Shown here one piece after another: positions 1-9,947 of a stretch of 39,531 nucleotides of DNA (positions within the stretch are counted from its first letter, which is position 1; each line of letters opens with the position of its first letter). The translations under genes and the position numbers were made by a program. Origin of the DNA: a virus (taxonomy: Duplodnaviria; Caudoviricetes). The notes under the pieces were generated by a model. That model did no database searches. It worked only from the letters and a program-made list of their open reading frames with translations, and had not been told where the DNA came from. The stretch lies in IMG/VR virus record IMGVR_UViG_3300042393_000674, positions 1 through 39,531 of that record; one strand, given 5' to 3'.

Positions 1-56
1 TCTACATAAGGATTTTTAGGAATAATTTGCTTTAACTGAGCTTGAGTTAGGGTCAT
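1..56 (-). CDS. 5' fragment of probable endolysin (GH19 chitinase/lysozyme-like), runs off the window
   Basis: Not in the ORF track. ATG at 56 overlaps the o-spanin stop (ATGA) and reads MTLTQAQLKQIIPKNPYV..., resembling recalled N-termini of phage GH19 endolysins. Adjacent to spanins. Only 18 codons are visible. Confidence 0.55.
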   Translation of the reverse strand, partial: MTLTQAQLKQIIPKNPYV

Positions 57-322
57 TTACCTAGTCCTTCAAAAATAATCTTTTGCTTGGCATACCATTC
101 AATCCAAGCGTCTGTTTTAACTGCACAAGTATAATACTCTGTGTAGTTAATGGTTATGGTTTTAGCAACGTCACTTAACTGTGGGTTTGCTTCCAATTTT
201 TGCAGTTGAGGGCAGCGTGTTTGTGACTGTAGTCCAGGTGCTTCTGGAAATTTTTGGGTAACTGGTACTACAGTAGTGCATCCGCTAAGTGTGAGTATGA
301 GTGCGATTGCTAATAACTTCAT
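53..322 (-). CDS. o-spanin (Rz1-like outer-membrane lipoprotein)
   Basis: Signal peptide with lipobox LSG|C, Pro-rich segment after the lipidated Cys, two further Cys; ATGA overlap with the upstream membrane/coiled-coil gene. Confidence 0.8.
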   Translation of the reverse strand: MKLLAIALILTLSGCTTVVPVTQKFPEAPGLQSQTRCPQLQKLEANPQLSDVAKTITINYTEYYTCAVKTDAWIEWYAKQKIIFEGLGK

Positions 323-735
323 TTGGGTTGCTCCGCGGCACGATTATGTGCTTGTGTAAATTCTTGTGGAACTACACAGTTGTTGTTGATTTTGACAATT
401 TCACGATCAACGTACTTGATGACGTCATCACCACGTTGTTTGACAATTTGGGTTTTGGTAACCACACGTTCTTTAATTTCTGTGTTAGTAGTTGTGCTTT
501 TGGCTTCTAGCTCCACAACTTGTTGTTGTAGCTTTTCAGCTCGAGCTTTCCACAAGTTATTAACATAAAGCATACCCAGTAAATAAATAGATACACCTAG
601 TGCAATAACGCTGGTAATTTTTACTTGTTTTTGCAATATTGGATTAGGAAGGAATAGGCTAATTGCGTAGCCTATTCCTGATACTAAAAACAATAAGTAA
701 AACAAGGTTTGTGGTATAAATTCAAATAACCACAT
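319..735 (-). CDS. i-spanin (Rz-like inner-membrane protein)
   Basis: Hydrophobic N-terminal segments, then a coiled coil (KARAEKLQQQVVELEAK) and a C-terminal Cys (NCVVP); directly upstream of the lipoprotein gene. Confidence 0.75.
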   Translation of the reverse strand: MWLFEFIPQTLFYLLFLVSGIGYAISLFLPNPILQKQVKITSVIALGVSIYLLGMLYVNNLWKARAEKLQQQVVELEAKSTTTNTEIKERVVTKTQIVKQRGDDVIKYVDREIVKINNNCVVPQEFTQAHNRAAEQPK

Positions 736-742
736 TTACATT

Positions 743-1081
743 TTACTCTGGTGTAGCTGGTGCTGTGGGTGCTGGTGTTACAATCCAAGGCATGCCAGTT
801 GCGGTAGCTGGAGTTTTGATTTGAGCAATCTGTGAGTCTAAAGAAGCTTCTAAGGCTGCAACACCTTCAGTACCCATTGCGGCTTTGATCCAATTAATGA
901 CTGTGGCTTCTGTGACTTGTGCATAAGCAATAAATCCAGTAGCAGTTGCATCAGGTTGAAAACCTTGTGCACCATAACTTGACACAGTAGTGCCATCAGT
1001 TGTTTTTGACACAGTCCAGTGTGCTGTTGTGATTCCGCCGCTTGGTAGTTGGCGCTCTAGTTGTACGATTTTGAATTCCAT
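743..1081 (-). CDS. small tail-fibre-associated protein (112 aa)
   Basis: Start moved to ATG at 1081 (MEFKIV..., AAGGA upstream), which removes the overlap with the fibre gene. Motifs AHW, FIAYAQVTEATVINWIK and GMPW resemble small proteins that follow S74-type fibres. Confidence 0.6.
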   Translation of the reverse strand: MEFKIVQLERQLPSGGITTAHWTVSKTTDGTTVSSYGAQGFQPDATATGFIAYAQVTEATVINWIKAAMGTEGVAALEASLDSQIAQIKTPATATGMPWIVTPAPTAPATPE

Positions 1082-1103
1082 TTTGGAGTCCTTTGTTAAA
1101 AAA

Positions 1104-4100
1104 TTAAAGATTAGCGGCATCCAAACGTGCCTTGAGTGATTGAATGATTACTTGTTGTTCTTGGATTGCTGCTGTTAATGTAGCCACTAAGAATGAAGTA
1201 TCAATACCTTGAGGCTTAATACTTCCGTTAGCTTCTAAGGCATCTTTTTCGCCAAAAACCGCTTGCGGGCAAACTTCAGCTAATTCATGGGCAATAAAGC
1301 CCTCACCATTAGAGCCATCAGCGTTCCACTTGTAAGTAACTGGTTTTAACAAAGCCACCTTAGCCAATGCATTTGTCATTGGTGTAATAGTGTTTTTTAG
1401 ACGATAATCAGACGATGTGTTGAACGCGGTTGAGCTACCTTGTGTTGTAATGTTTCCAACCAGTCCATTAACATTTCTAAAAGTAATAGCGTATAAACCG
1501 TTTGCTGACTCATCATTACGAATTTCCATCCTAGTTTTTGGATAGGCACAATTTATTACTAATGCTGCTCCATTTCCATCAACAGTGCTTGTAGTATTTA
1601 TTTGTACATTTCCACCAAGTGGATTAAGACGCAAATCAGTATACCCAACACCCAAAACATATGATTGAATTGCGTTGCCGCCAGTAATAGAAAGTTGCTG
1701 TTGATATAAACCTGCACCACCTTGAAGAATTGAACCTGTTGCATGAATACCACCACTGCCTGCATTACCTACCATTGTGCCAACCATAAGTTGACCATCA
1801 GGAGTAACTCTAGCTTTTTCGCTTAAGCCTCCAGCAGTATGTGCTGTAGCAAATGCAATAGCAGTATTATTATTAGTACCATCAGTCTCTACAAAACGAA
1901 TTTCTGATTGCGAAGCACCATTATTACTAGCAGATCTAATAGCCTTATAAACATTATTGGTTTGACCACCAGTTACATTGTCAGCTAATATTAAGGCAAT
2001 ACCGCTAGTTGATGAAGTACGCGACATTTGTACATGTAAGCTAGCTGCTGGATCACCACCGCCTAAACCTATTCCTACAGCTCCACCAGCGGTAATTCTC
2101 ATACGCTCATACAGTGTCATTACATTTGCACCGTTATTCTCGGCTGTAAAAAACGCTAAACCACCACCAATTGTGTAAGGGCTGCCAAAACTACCGCTGG
2201 ATATTCTACCCAGCTCATAGGTCAATCCAGTATTATCAACTGATCTGCCAAACAATTTAAGTTGAGCATTACCAGTATTAAAAGTCATGCCACTATGAAT
2301 ACTCAAAGAACCTACAGTAGCATTAGATACAATTTGATTTTGACCTATTCTGGCATTTCCTGCTACATCCAACATATCCTGTGGATCGCTTGTACCAATC
2401 CCAACACGATTAGTACTAGCATTAACAAACAACATATTTGCGTCACCAGTAGACCTAACACGGAAATTGTAATTAGCAGCCTGTTGATTAATAACAAGTT
2501 CGCCAGATGCTTTTACATTAAATACATTACCTATATCAGCCGCCCAAATAACAGTCGATCCTGTACTGGCAGCAGCAATAATAATATCATTAGCGGTAAG
2601 CCCACCTGTGTACTGATTTCCTTGCCATATGTATTTATCAGCACCAATCATATACCCAGTACTTGCGCGAACTGTTCCACTTACTTGAAGTGCTGTTAGT
2701 GGATTAGATATACCAACACCAACATTACCGCCATCAGGATTTAAAACAATATTACCTGCTCCGCCACCTGTATATGACTGCAGTCTACTACGTGTGCCAT
2801 CATGCATTACACGTAGTAACGTATTAGTAGAGTTCCAAAAATCAGTGTAACCTTCTACTTGAAGTCTAGCACTAGTCGTAGGAGTTGTTCCAATACCTAC
2901 ATTACCTGCTGCTGACAGGGTCATATTAGCAGTAGCACCGCCATTTGCATACCACTCATGCCCTAAACCAGATGCTGCCCAATATCCAAAAGCAGCAGAT
3001 GTTCCGCTTACTATACCTGCTGCTCGGCCTATTTGATATTTAGTTGATCCAACAACTTGAATAGCAATTGATGCTCCGTCACCGCTATCACCATTTCCGT
3101 TTACTACTAATGTTTGTCCACTAGAAGTGTTTGAGCCGACTTTTACATTTCCTACAAAAGCAGCATTAGATGTGGCTTTTGCAAATGTTAATGCCATTTG
3201 CCCGTTTGCATTATAAAGTTCAAACGCATCGTTTTCACTTGCAGCACCTGAACCAATAAGCCACTGCTCAACACCTGAGTCTTGAAAAACCAATCGCTTG
3301 GCTTTGTTAGCAACACCATTTAAATGTAAGTTAACGTTAGTAGCTGCAACCGCATTACCTATAGTCACTGTACCATCAGTACCAATACTCATTCTCTTTA
3401 CATTATTAGGATAAAAAGTTAATGGAATATTAATATTTGTGCCTAATATTGTCTGACCTGCAGTAGAGTAGAGATAAGCAACCGTTGATCCACCTACTCT
3501 TACATTAAATGAAGCGTCACCAGTTCCATTAACGTCTATATTTCTATTTGCAATAGCTGACGTAGATGTAACTCCAACCATAAAGTTGCCACTAGAATCA
3601 AATCTGCCGTACTCAATTGAGTAACCTTCAAACGCTAAATAACCATCTGTGGTTAAATTTGCAGCGTATGCACCAATTTTAACACCACCAGCAGTGTTAC
3701 CGTCCATTAACTGCAAAGCACCATTAGCCCCATATTTTACTATAGTACCGTTTGAAGCAATTCTAAGTCGTTCTGTTACAGAAGTAGATGAGTTTGTATT
3801 TGAAGTAAAGAAACGAATAACGTTGTTACCAGCTGCAGTAGCAGCACCTGCTGCACCTATTAATAGCCCATCACCTGCACCTAATACTGAGTGTTCGCTA
3901 GTTGATCCTGTGGGTCTAAACACGAGACCAGGTACAGAAGCACCACCAATTTCAAGGAATTTGTTTATTCCAAAACCAGTTACAGCTGTTGGAGCTGCAC
4001 CAATACCTAAATTACCTGTTGAACTAACAGTAATAGCGTTGGTTGCAGAACCGGCTACTCTAAACCCTAGTCCACCGTATCCAGCTAAAATTAAACCGTC

Positions 4101-4652
4101 AAGTGTACTATCATACTTTAAATATTGAGATCCAATAGCAGTGTCCCATGTTAAAGCAGTACCTGTACCACCAGACATTTTAATACTACCATTTACATCA
4201 AGCTTTAAAGCTGGAGTAGGTGTATTAATACCCACGTTACCACTAGCATCAATAACCATCTTGGTATTTGTACCGTCACCCCAAACGTGTTGACTACCAA
4301 GATAATTTAAAATCTGGTAACCAGTGTTAGCAGCAACTTTACTTGTTAAAAAGTTACCGCTAGCACTTGAGTAGATTTGTAAACGACCACTAGCACCACC
4401 GTAAACGTCAAGTGTAGCAGCTGGGCTAGGTACACCAATACCTAAGTTTGATCCGTCAAAACTTAAGCTAGTTGAAGAGCTCAGGACCTTGCTGGCGTTT
4501 AAGTAGGCAACTGTATTTGCAGTTCCTGAACTAAACACAGGCATGTCCGAAAACGTTTTTGAACTTAGTGTTTGAGCGTCTGTGTCACCCACAACCACGC
4601 CAGTCGGGGGTGTTTCCCGGCCGAACTTGGCTAATTCTAATGCTTTGCTCAT
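1104..4652 (-). CDS. tail fibre with C-terminal intramolecular chaperone (peptidase S74) domain
   Basis: Gly/Asn/Thr-rich, many (ERM)RI-x3-GNVGIG-x3-P repeats; C-terminal SDYRLK...GFIAHEL...AIQEQQ autocleaving chaperone motif; GGAG RBS. Confidence 0.9.
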   Translation of the reverse strand: MSKALELAKFGRETPPTGVVVGDTDAQTLSSKTFSDMPVFSSGTANTVAYLNASKVLSSSTSLSFDGSNLGIGVPSPAATLDVYGGASGRLQIYSSASGNFLTSKVAANTGYQILNYLGSQHVWGDGTNTKMVIDASGNVGINTPTPALKLDVNGSIKMSGGTGTALTWDTAIGSQYLKYDSTLDGLILAGYGGLGFRVAGSATNAITVSSTGNLGIGAAPTAVTGFGINKFLEIGGASVPGLVFRPTGSTSEHSVLGAGDGLLIGAAGAATAAGNNVIRFFTSNTNSSTSVTERLRIASNGTIVKYGANGALQLMDGNTAGGVKIGAYAANLTTDGYLAFEGYSIEYGRFDSSGNFMVGVTSTSAIANRNIDVNGTGDASFNVRVGGSTVAYLYSTAGQTILGTNINIPLTFYPNNVKRMSIGTDGTVTIGNAVAATNVNLHLNGVANKAKRLVFQDSGVEQWLIGSGAASENDAFELYNANGQMALTFAKATSNAAFVGNVKVGSNTSSGQTLVVNGNGDSGDGASIAIQVVGSTKYQIGRAAGIVSGTSAAFGYWAASGLGHEWYANGGATANMTLSAAGNVGIGTTPTTSARLQVEGYTDFWNSTNTLLRVMHDGTRSRLQSYTGGGAGNIVLNPDGGNVGVGISNPLTALQVSGTVRASTGYMIGADKYIWQGNQYTGGLTANDIIIAAASTGSTVIWAADIGNVFNVKASGELVINQQAANYNFRVRSTGDANMLFVNASTNRVGIGTSDPQDMLDVAGNARIGQNQIVSNATVGSLSIHSGMTFNTGNAQLKLFGRSVDNTGLTYELGRISSGSFGSPYTIGGGLAFFTAENNGANVMTLYERMRITAGGAVGIGLGGGDPAASLHVQMSRTSSTSGIALILADNVTGGQTNNVYKAIRSASNNGASQSEIRFVETDGTNNNTAIAFATAHTAGGLSEKARVTPDGQLMVGTMVGNAGSGGIHATGSILQGGAGLYQQQLSITGGNAIQSYVLGVGYTDLRLNPLGGNVQINTTSTVDGNGAALVINCAYPKTRMEIRNDESANGLYAITFRNVNGLVGNITTQGSSTAFNTSSDYRLKNTITPMTNALAKVALLKPVTYKWNADGSNGEGFIAHELAEVCPQAVFGEKDALEANGSIKPQGIDTSFLVATLTAAIQEQQVIIQSLKARLDAANL

Positions 4653-4677
4653 TGGCTAACTCCGTTCTTTTTTATTT

Positions 4678-5010
4678 TCATAGTTGCTCTCCTGCCCAAA
4701 CGCGCACGCGAGTAGTGGGAACAATTATATAAGGTGCTAACACACTGGCGTCTTCGTCTTGTGTGACTAGTACGTTGCAGTGGTAACCTGGTTGTGCTGC
4801 CATAACTGGCTGTTGCATGCCATCAATCGTTTGTGTTGCACCAGTTGGTTTGTAGATTGTGCCAATGATATCAATGTTACGGAAATTTGGTACCGTATAT
4901 CCTGGAGTAGCTTCAACACCCATTTCAGGGTTGGCTTCTACAGCACCCTCTGTGCGATACAAAACTGCTTTAGCTGCTTGTTCAGATTCAAATTTTACAC
5001 ATATGTTCAT
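4678..5010 (-). CDS. small fibre/spike accessory protein
   Basis: AAGGA RBS; tight packing between two fibre-type genes; function inferred from context only. Confidence 0.5.
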   Translation of the reverse strand: MNICVKFESEQAAKAVLYRTEGAVEANPEMGVEATPGYTVPNFRNIDIIGTIYKPTGATQTIDGMQQPVMAAQPGYHCNVLVTQDEDASVLAPYIIVPTTRVRVWAGEQL

Positions 5011-5019
5011 ATTTGTTCC

Positions 5020-6816
5020 TTAAGTAGTTAAAGCTTGTAGCTGTGTGTTTGATAAACGAGCAGGATAGTAAGCAATCTTGCGAATTGTGCCACAAATATA
5101 TTCGCCGCCATAATCTGCACTGCCAATTGTTAATTTGTCAGCATTTAATAAAGACCTTCCACTTGGAATTGCAGATGCTGTACTATTATTAAAAGAAACG
5201 GCAATATCGTAATTAACTAAAGAACACGCAATTTTGCTTGATGTACTTGAAAACGATGTAGTAAAAGGTACTGAACCATCATAATAATTTAAAGCTTGAT
5301 CGGGAGTATAAAACCCATATCTGTTTGATATTGACGAACCAATTTGAAACGGGCTTCTTGTTCCTGATTTAGGATAACTTGATTCAATATACAAAGAACC
5401 TTGTTGTGGTTGAAACCAACTTGTAAAATTAGCGCCTGTTATATTTGCGTTATCAGGTGATCTGGTAACTGTTGAAGCTAAAGTGGGGATATAACTAGTT
5501 GGGAAAGCACCAGCTTCTAATTGACAACCCCAAAGTTGTACACCACTCCAACCATCACCAGGGTAAGCAATAAATCCATACGGCCCCATTGTGGCATTAA
5601 CATTATTTGTACTACTAATGATTACGTACGTACCATATGATGAAGTTCCTGTATATGTGATTGAACACCTATACCAACCATTACCAACACTTTGAATGCT
5701 TGCTGTGCAAGTCATTCCAGTACCTTGAGGTGTTTTTGCTACACCATTTTGCAAATCAAAAATACAACCTGCCCAAGGATTTGATATACCTGCACTTAAT
5801 GCAAGATGCGCACCTGAATATTTAGCATAAATAGAGAGAGTGTATGAAGAATTGCTTAAATTAAAATATCGATATAAATCGTGGTCGCCGCTACTTGTAG
5901 CGGCAACCATACGCATAGCCGACAAAGTACCATCAGGAGCAATACTAGCATTTGATATAGTAGTAATGCCTGCAGGAGGCCATGCTGATGTGTTACCTAA
6001 ATCTGCCGAATAGCTTGCTAGATTTGTGCGCTGTTCTTCAACTAACAAACCCAACGATTCACCTGTAGTAGGGTTATGGTCAAACCTTGCTTGATTACCG
6101 CCCGCACTTAGTAAAACGGGAATGTAGTTTGTGATGGGTTGCGTTGTTGTTGGAGTGTAGGCGGTTGCCGCAGAACGGGTTTCGGCTTGAGCACCCCATA
6201 AAGATAAAGTACGACTAGTACCTACATAACTAGTAGCACCAATATATGAAGAAGTCATATATGCTTCAAACTGCCATGTATTTGATCCTAGTGCGCTAGA
6301 TGTTGCTGTGCACCTATACCACCCATTACCTACGGCAGTAATAGAAGATGTACCATTTCCACCTCTTACGCTACTAGCAACAGTAGACAAATCAAAATCG
6401 ATAAAGAACGATGCTCCTGAACGATAAATTTGAATTGCAAACGTAGAACACGTTCCGGCTTTTGCGTAGATAGAAAACGTAGATGAAATATTTGTAGTAG
6501 TAACAATTGGACCTGAGACTGTCCACATTGCATGGTTGTTATTTGCTGTAGTTTCGGTTAATGTGTTTGCGGTTGAAGTTCCGTCAGGGGCTGTTATTCC
6601 AGAACTAACATTAACCGCACTTTTTGTCCAGTATGCATTACTAAAATCTTGTGAATATAGTACCGTATTCTGTTCTGCCATCACAGTAGTTTTACCATCA
6701 TAATAGGTAGCAGGAGTTCCACGTGTAAAAGTAACACGTGGATCTAGTGTTTCTGTATTTGCAAAGTCTAATAGCAGAGTTGGCTTTAAGTTTGGAAAAT
6801 TTGATTGAATTGCCAT
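5020..6816 (-). CDS. spike/fibre protein with two GTA head-spike-like carbohydrate-binding domains
   Basis: Motifs LDF..TFTR..ATY, RFDH..GLLVEEQRTNL, APDGT, GNGWYRC, LWGxQxE, TSYIPT..VTR match my recollection of the Rhodobacter capsulatus GTA head spike fibre (Rcc01080); the core occurs twice. Confidence 0.7.
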   Translation of the reverse strand: MAIQSNFPNLKPTLLLDFANTETLDPRVTFTRGTPATYYDGKTTVMAEQNTVLYSQDFSNAYWTKSAVNVSSGITAPDGTSTANTLTETTANNNHAMWTVSGPIVTTTNISSTFSIYAKAGTCSTFAIQIYRSGASFFIDFDLSTVASSVRGGNGTSSITAVGNGWYRCTATSSALGSNTWQFEAYMTSSYIGATSYVGTSRTLSLWGAQAETRSAATAYTPTTTQPITNYIPVLLSAGGNQARFDHNPTTGESLGLLVEEQRTNLASYSADLGNTSAWPPAGITTISNASIAPDGTLSAMRMVAATSSGDHDLYRYFNLSNSSYTLSIYAKYSGAHLALSAGISNPWAGCIFDLQNGVAKTPQGTGMTCTASIQSVGNGWYRCSITYTGTSSYGTYVIISSTNNVNATMGPYGFIAYPGDGWSGVQLWGCQLEAGAFPTSYIPTLASTVTRSPDNANITGANFTSWFQPQQGSLYIESSYPKSGTRSPFQIGSSISNRYGFYTPDQALNYYDGSVPFTTSFSSTSSKIACSLVNYDIAVSFNNSTASAIPSGRSLLNADKLTIGSADYGGEYICGTIRKIAYYPARLSNTQLQALTT

Positions 6817-6986
6817 TATTCAGCCTCCTCTGCTGGTATTGGTGTGTTGCCTTCGGCAAGCCACTTTAAGTAAGCTTGGTAGTCGGTGTTGTCGGGGTCA
6901 AATGGGATGCAAGCACCATCGGCAATACGAATTACAGAAGTTGCTGGTAGATTATTTTGCAAATTTAAGGGACATTGTTTATACAT
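6816..6986 (-). CDS. 56-aa fibre assembly chaperone-like protein
   Basis: Below the ORF-track cutoff. Reads [56 protein letters not shown]; fills the gap exactly, TAATG overlap with the next gene; IPxDxxNxDYQxYLxWxxxGNxP is typical of small proteins after phage fibres. Confidence 0.85.
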   Translation of the reverse strand: MYKQCPLNLQNNLPATSVIRIADGACIPFDPDNTDYQAYLKWLAEGNTPIPAEEAE

Positions 6987-6988
6987 AT

Positions 6989-9904
6989 TTATAACTCCGC
7001 AGAAGCTGCAATAAAACTCGCTGTATCAGCATTTAAACCAACGTTTCCACCAAATCCAGCAGTACTGGTTGCTGTGTAGAAATCTACCCTACCTGAATTT
7101 TTACTGGAATAACTTGCGGCAATAGAACTAATAGCAGGATAAGAAACTGTATTTACAAACAGACCTGTACCTATTGAAAAAGTTGGGGTTGCACGCATTT
7201 GAACTGGATATGGAACAAATGCAGAAAAGTAGGTAGAAGTTATATATCCACCAGCACCTACGCTTGGATAAGTATTCGTACTTTCGCCTGTAATTTTCCA
7301 ATAATACCTTTGACACAAAGCCAACTCAGCTATATAAGGTCGTACATCAAACGGTGTTGCCACTGTTCCTTTTTCAAACTGAACGCCTGTAATGTACCAA
7401 GTTGCACCATTAGTTGCACATAAGTTAACAGAACCTATTGACGATGTTGCATTTAAAGCTATCCATTCGTTTGCTGGAGATTTTTGGTAACCAGGACCAT
7501 TTTCAAACTGAATCGAACCCCAGTGACCATTAGTAGTTGGCCACGTTCCTATTGTTGTACCAGGAATATTTATAGTTTTGTATTCCCATGCGTCAGCAAC
7601 ATTGATAGTGTATGCAAACGGAAAACATTGGTCGGTATTATTACTTTGAATAGCCCCGCCATGCTGACCAATAACACTTGAACGTACCCAGAAAGATAAA
7701 ACTGCAGATTGAGCATTTGCTGTACCCCAGTTTAAATCTTCTACGGTATAACCTTCAATTGCTTGTCTTAAAAATTGTTGCGGTCCAGAAGTATCCGTAG
7801 CAATTATAGTAACTTTTAAAGAAGTTTTAAATCCTGGAGGCGCTATTGTACTTTGTTGAATAGTGCGTTTTGAAACAACGTCATTGTAATAACTCCAGCG
7901 ATCTAGTGTAAAAGTACCTTGCTGTAAAACACTTGTTGTAACACTAGCACCAGCATTACGCTGATCAATACGCATATCGCCATTAATAATACGATTACGG
8001 AATCCCGTAGTCATGCCAGTGTTGTAATAATTAGCACTATCGGCATACGCCATGTTACCAAGATATTGATTTAATGGAATTTCATTGGGTGCTGTGCCAA
8101 TGTCCGACTGGTCAACTACCAAGTACTGAGTACCACCAACAGTTTGTGAAATTGTTCCGTTTACAACTAGTTTGCTGCTATTAGTGTTAGTGGCTGTAGT
8201 ACCAATTAGTACATTACCATCATTACCTAGTGATAATAAATTATTATCAGCACTATTACCAAATCTTAGAGGTATGTTACCAGCAGTACGAATTCTGTAT
8301 AGTGTTGCAGAAGTACCATCTGTGTCATAACCAATATACAAAGATTTAGTTCCAGGAGAGATAAGTTCTACTGTAACTGTATTATTTGTTGTAGAACTAT
8401 TATCAATAGTTAATTTTCTACTAGCATTAGTTGTACCAATACCAACATTACCTGCGCTAGTAATACGCATTGCTTCAACATCTGTATTATTTCTTGCAAC
8501 AAACCTTATACCACCAGCAGATTGATTATCTTCGGCTACGCCTTGGATATATCCAAGCAGTTCCTGAGTAGAATCACTATTTCTGTTATGTGTAAAATAT
8601 AAGATACCCTTGTTGCCAGCAGCTGCTGCGCCAGTAAAGTGTAATCTCATATTTGGGGAAGCAGCATCAGATATTTGTAATTTTGAAGCAGGACTATTTG
8701 TACCAATACCCAGACCTGTGCTGGTTAGGCGCATTTGTTCTGAGCCAACTTGAGTCCAAATAAAACTACGGGCAGTCGCCCCACCATCTGTGGAATCAAA
8801 TGTAACGCCAGTATTTTCAGTAACGGTTGCTGTAAACTCAGTCCCAGCCCCAATTGTGGCGTTTTGACGCAAACGAAAACCGACTGCTGCATCTGCTGCA
8901 TCAATATTAAGTACACCAGTAACACCTAAATTCGTGCCATCAAAAGTCAGCGCTGAACCAGTAGCCAATGCACTTGTTGAACTTGCATATGCAATGCCAT
9001 TAGCAGTAAATGCAGTAAGCCCTGTACCGCCTGATGTTGTAGGCAATGCAGTACCCGACAAACTAATTGCCAAAGTACCCGAAGTTGTAATTGGTGAGCC
9101 TGCAACAGACAAAAATGCTGGAACACTAGCCCCCACACTAGTCACAGTTCCCAAGTTTGTAGTATAACCACTTGGGTTACTAGCAGCATAAGCACCCAAA
9201 GATGTTAGTGCGGCTGCAGCAGTTGTTGCTCCAGTACCGCCATTGGCTATGGGCAGTGTGCCTGTGATATCTGCTGTGGAAATACTAATAGTATCCCACG
9301 TTGTGTTAGTTCCGTCAGTTTGCAGATACTTGGTCGCATTACCAGTTTGTGTGGGTAATAAGGCATTTAGTGCTGCGTTAGCAGTTGTTTGTCCAGTACC
9401 GCCGTAAGCAATGCCTAAAGCATTGGTCAAGTTTAGTGTAGGTGCGGCTAAAACGGTGCCGTCAAAGGTTAATGCACTACCAGCGGTTACGACTTTTGAG
9501 CCATTTAAATAACCCACACCATTAGCCGTACCGCCATTAAGTGTTAAGTTACCGCTTAGTGTAGCAGTAGCAAAACTCAAATTGCCTGTGGCAGTATCAC
9601 CACCAACGTCTAAGAACTTTGAGTCTGCTTCGGCTTTGGTATAACCATCGGACAAACCGCGTGGAACGTAGCTGATTAATTCAATCACGTCGCCTGCAGC
9701 AGCTCCACTAAACAGTGTAATATAAGTGCCAGTGATAGCTTCAAAGTCTACACCGTTTACTAATTTAGCACCGTTTAAGTATACATCTACGTAACCTAAA
9801 ACATAGCCTGATTGGGTAGTAAACTGAGTTTGTGCAGCCGTAGCTGTTAGAGTAGTCGTCACACGTTGTGACGCTACTCCTGGACTATTTCCTATGTAAC
9901 TCAT
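6989..9904 (-). CDS. tail fibre protein (971 aa) with C-terminal putative carbohydrate-binding domain
   Basis: GGAGG RBS; GGTG fibre repeats, GNVGIGT repeats, C-terminal [15 protein letters not shown]...[11 protein letters not shown]...ELALCQRYY module common in phage fibres; no S74 domain. Confidence 0.85.
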   Translation of the reverse strand: MSYIGNSPGVASQRVTTTLTATAAQTQFTTQSGYVLGYVDVYLNGAKLVNGVDFEAITGTYITLFSGAAAGDVIELISYVPRGLSDGYTKAEADSKFLDVGGDTATGNLSFATATLSGNLTLNGGTANGVGYLNGSKVVTAGSALTFDGTVLAAPTLNLTNALGIAYGGTGQTTANAALNALLPTQTGNATKYLQTDGTNTTWDTISISTADITGTLPIANGGTGATTAAAALTSLGAYAASNPSGYTTNLGTVTSVGASVPAFLSVAGSPITTSGTLAISLSGTALPTTSGGTGLTAFTANGIAYASSTSALATGSALTFDGTNLGVTGVLNIDAADAAVGFRLRQNATIGAGTEFTATVTENTGVTFDSTDGGATARSFIWTQVGSEQMRLTSTGLGIGTNSPASKLQISDAASPNMRLHFTGAAAAGNKGILYFTHNRNSDSTQELLGYIQGVAEDNQSAGGIRFVARNNTDVEAMRITSAGNVGIGTTNASRKLTIDNSSTTNNTVTVELISPGTKSLYIGYDTDGTSATLYRIRTAGNIPLRFGNSADNNLLSLGNDGNVLIGTTATNTNSSKLVVNGTISQTVGGTQYLVVDQSDIGTAPNEIPLNQYLGNMAYADSANYYNTGMTTGFRNRIINGDMRIDQRNAGASVTTSVLQQGTFTLDRWSYYNDVVSKRTIQQSTIAPPGFKTSLKVTIIATDTSGPQQFLRQAIEGYTVEDLNWGTANAQSAVLSFWVRSSVIGQHGGAIQSNNTDQCFPFAYTINVADAWEYKTINIPGTTIGTWPTTNGHWGSIQFENGPGYQKSPANEWIALNATSSIGSVNLCATNGATWYITGVQFEKGTVATPFDVRPYIAELALCQRYYWKITGESTNTYPSVGAGGYITSTYFSAFVPYPVQMRATPTFSIGTGLFVNTVSYPAISSIAASYSSKNSGRVDFYTATSTAGFGGNVGLNADTASFIAASAEL

Positions 9905-9947
9905 GGATTACCTCCAATTTTTAATTTTTTCATAAGTTCTCCATGAC

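Noticed and set aside
1082-1120. Upstream start for the 125-aa ORF
   Set aside because: It overlaps the fibre gene; ATG at 1081 has an AAGGA RBS.
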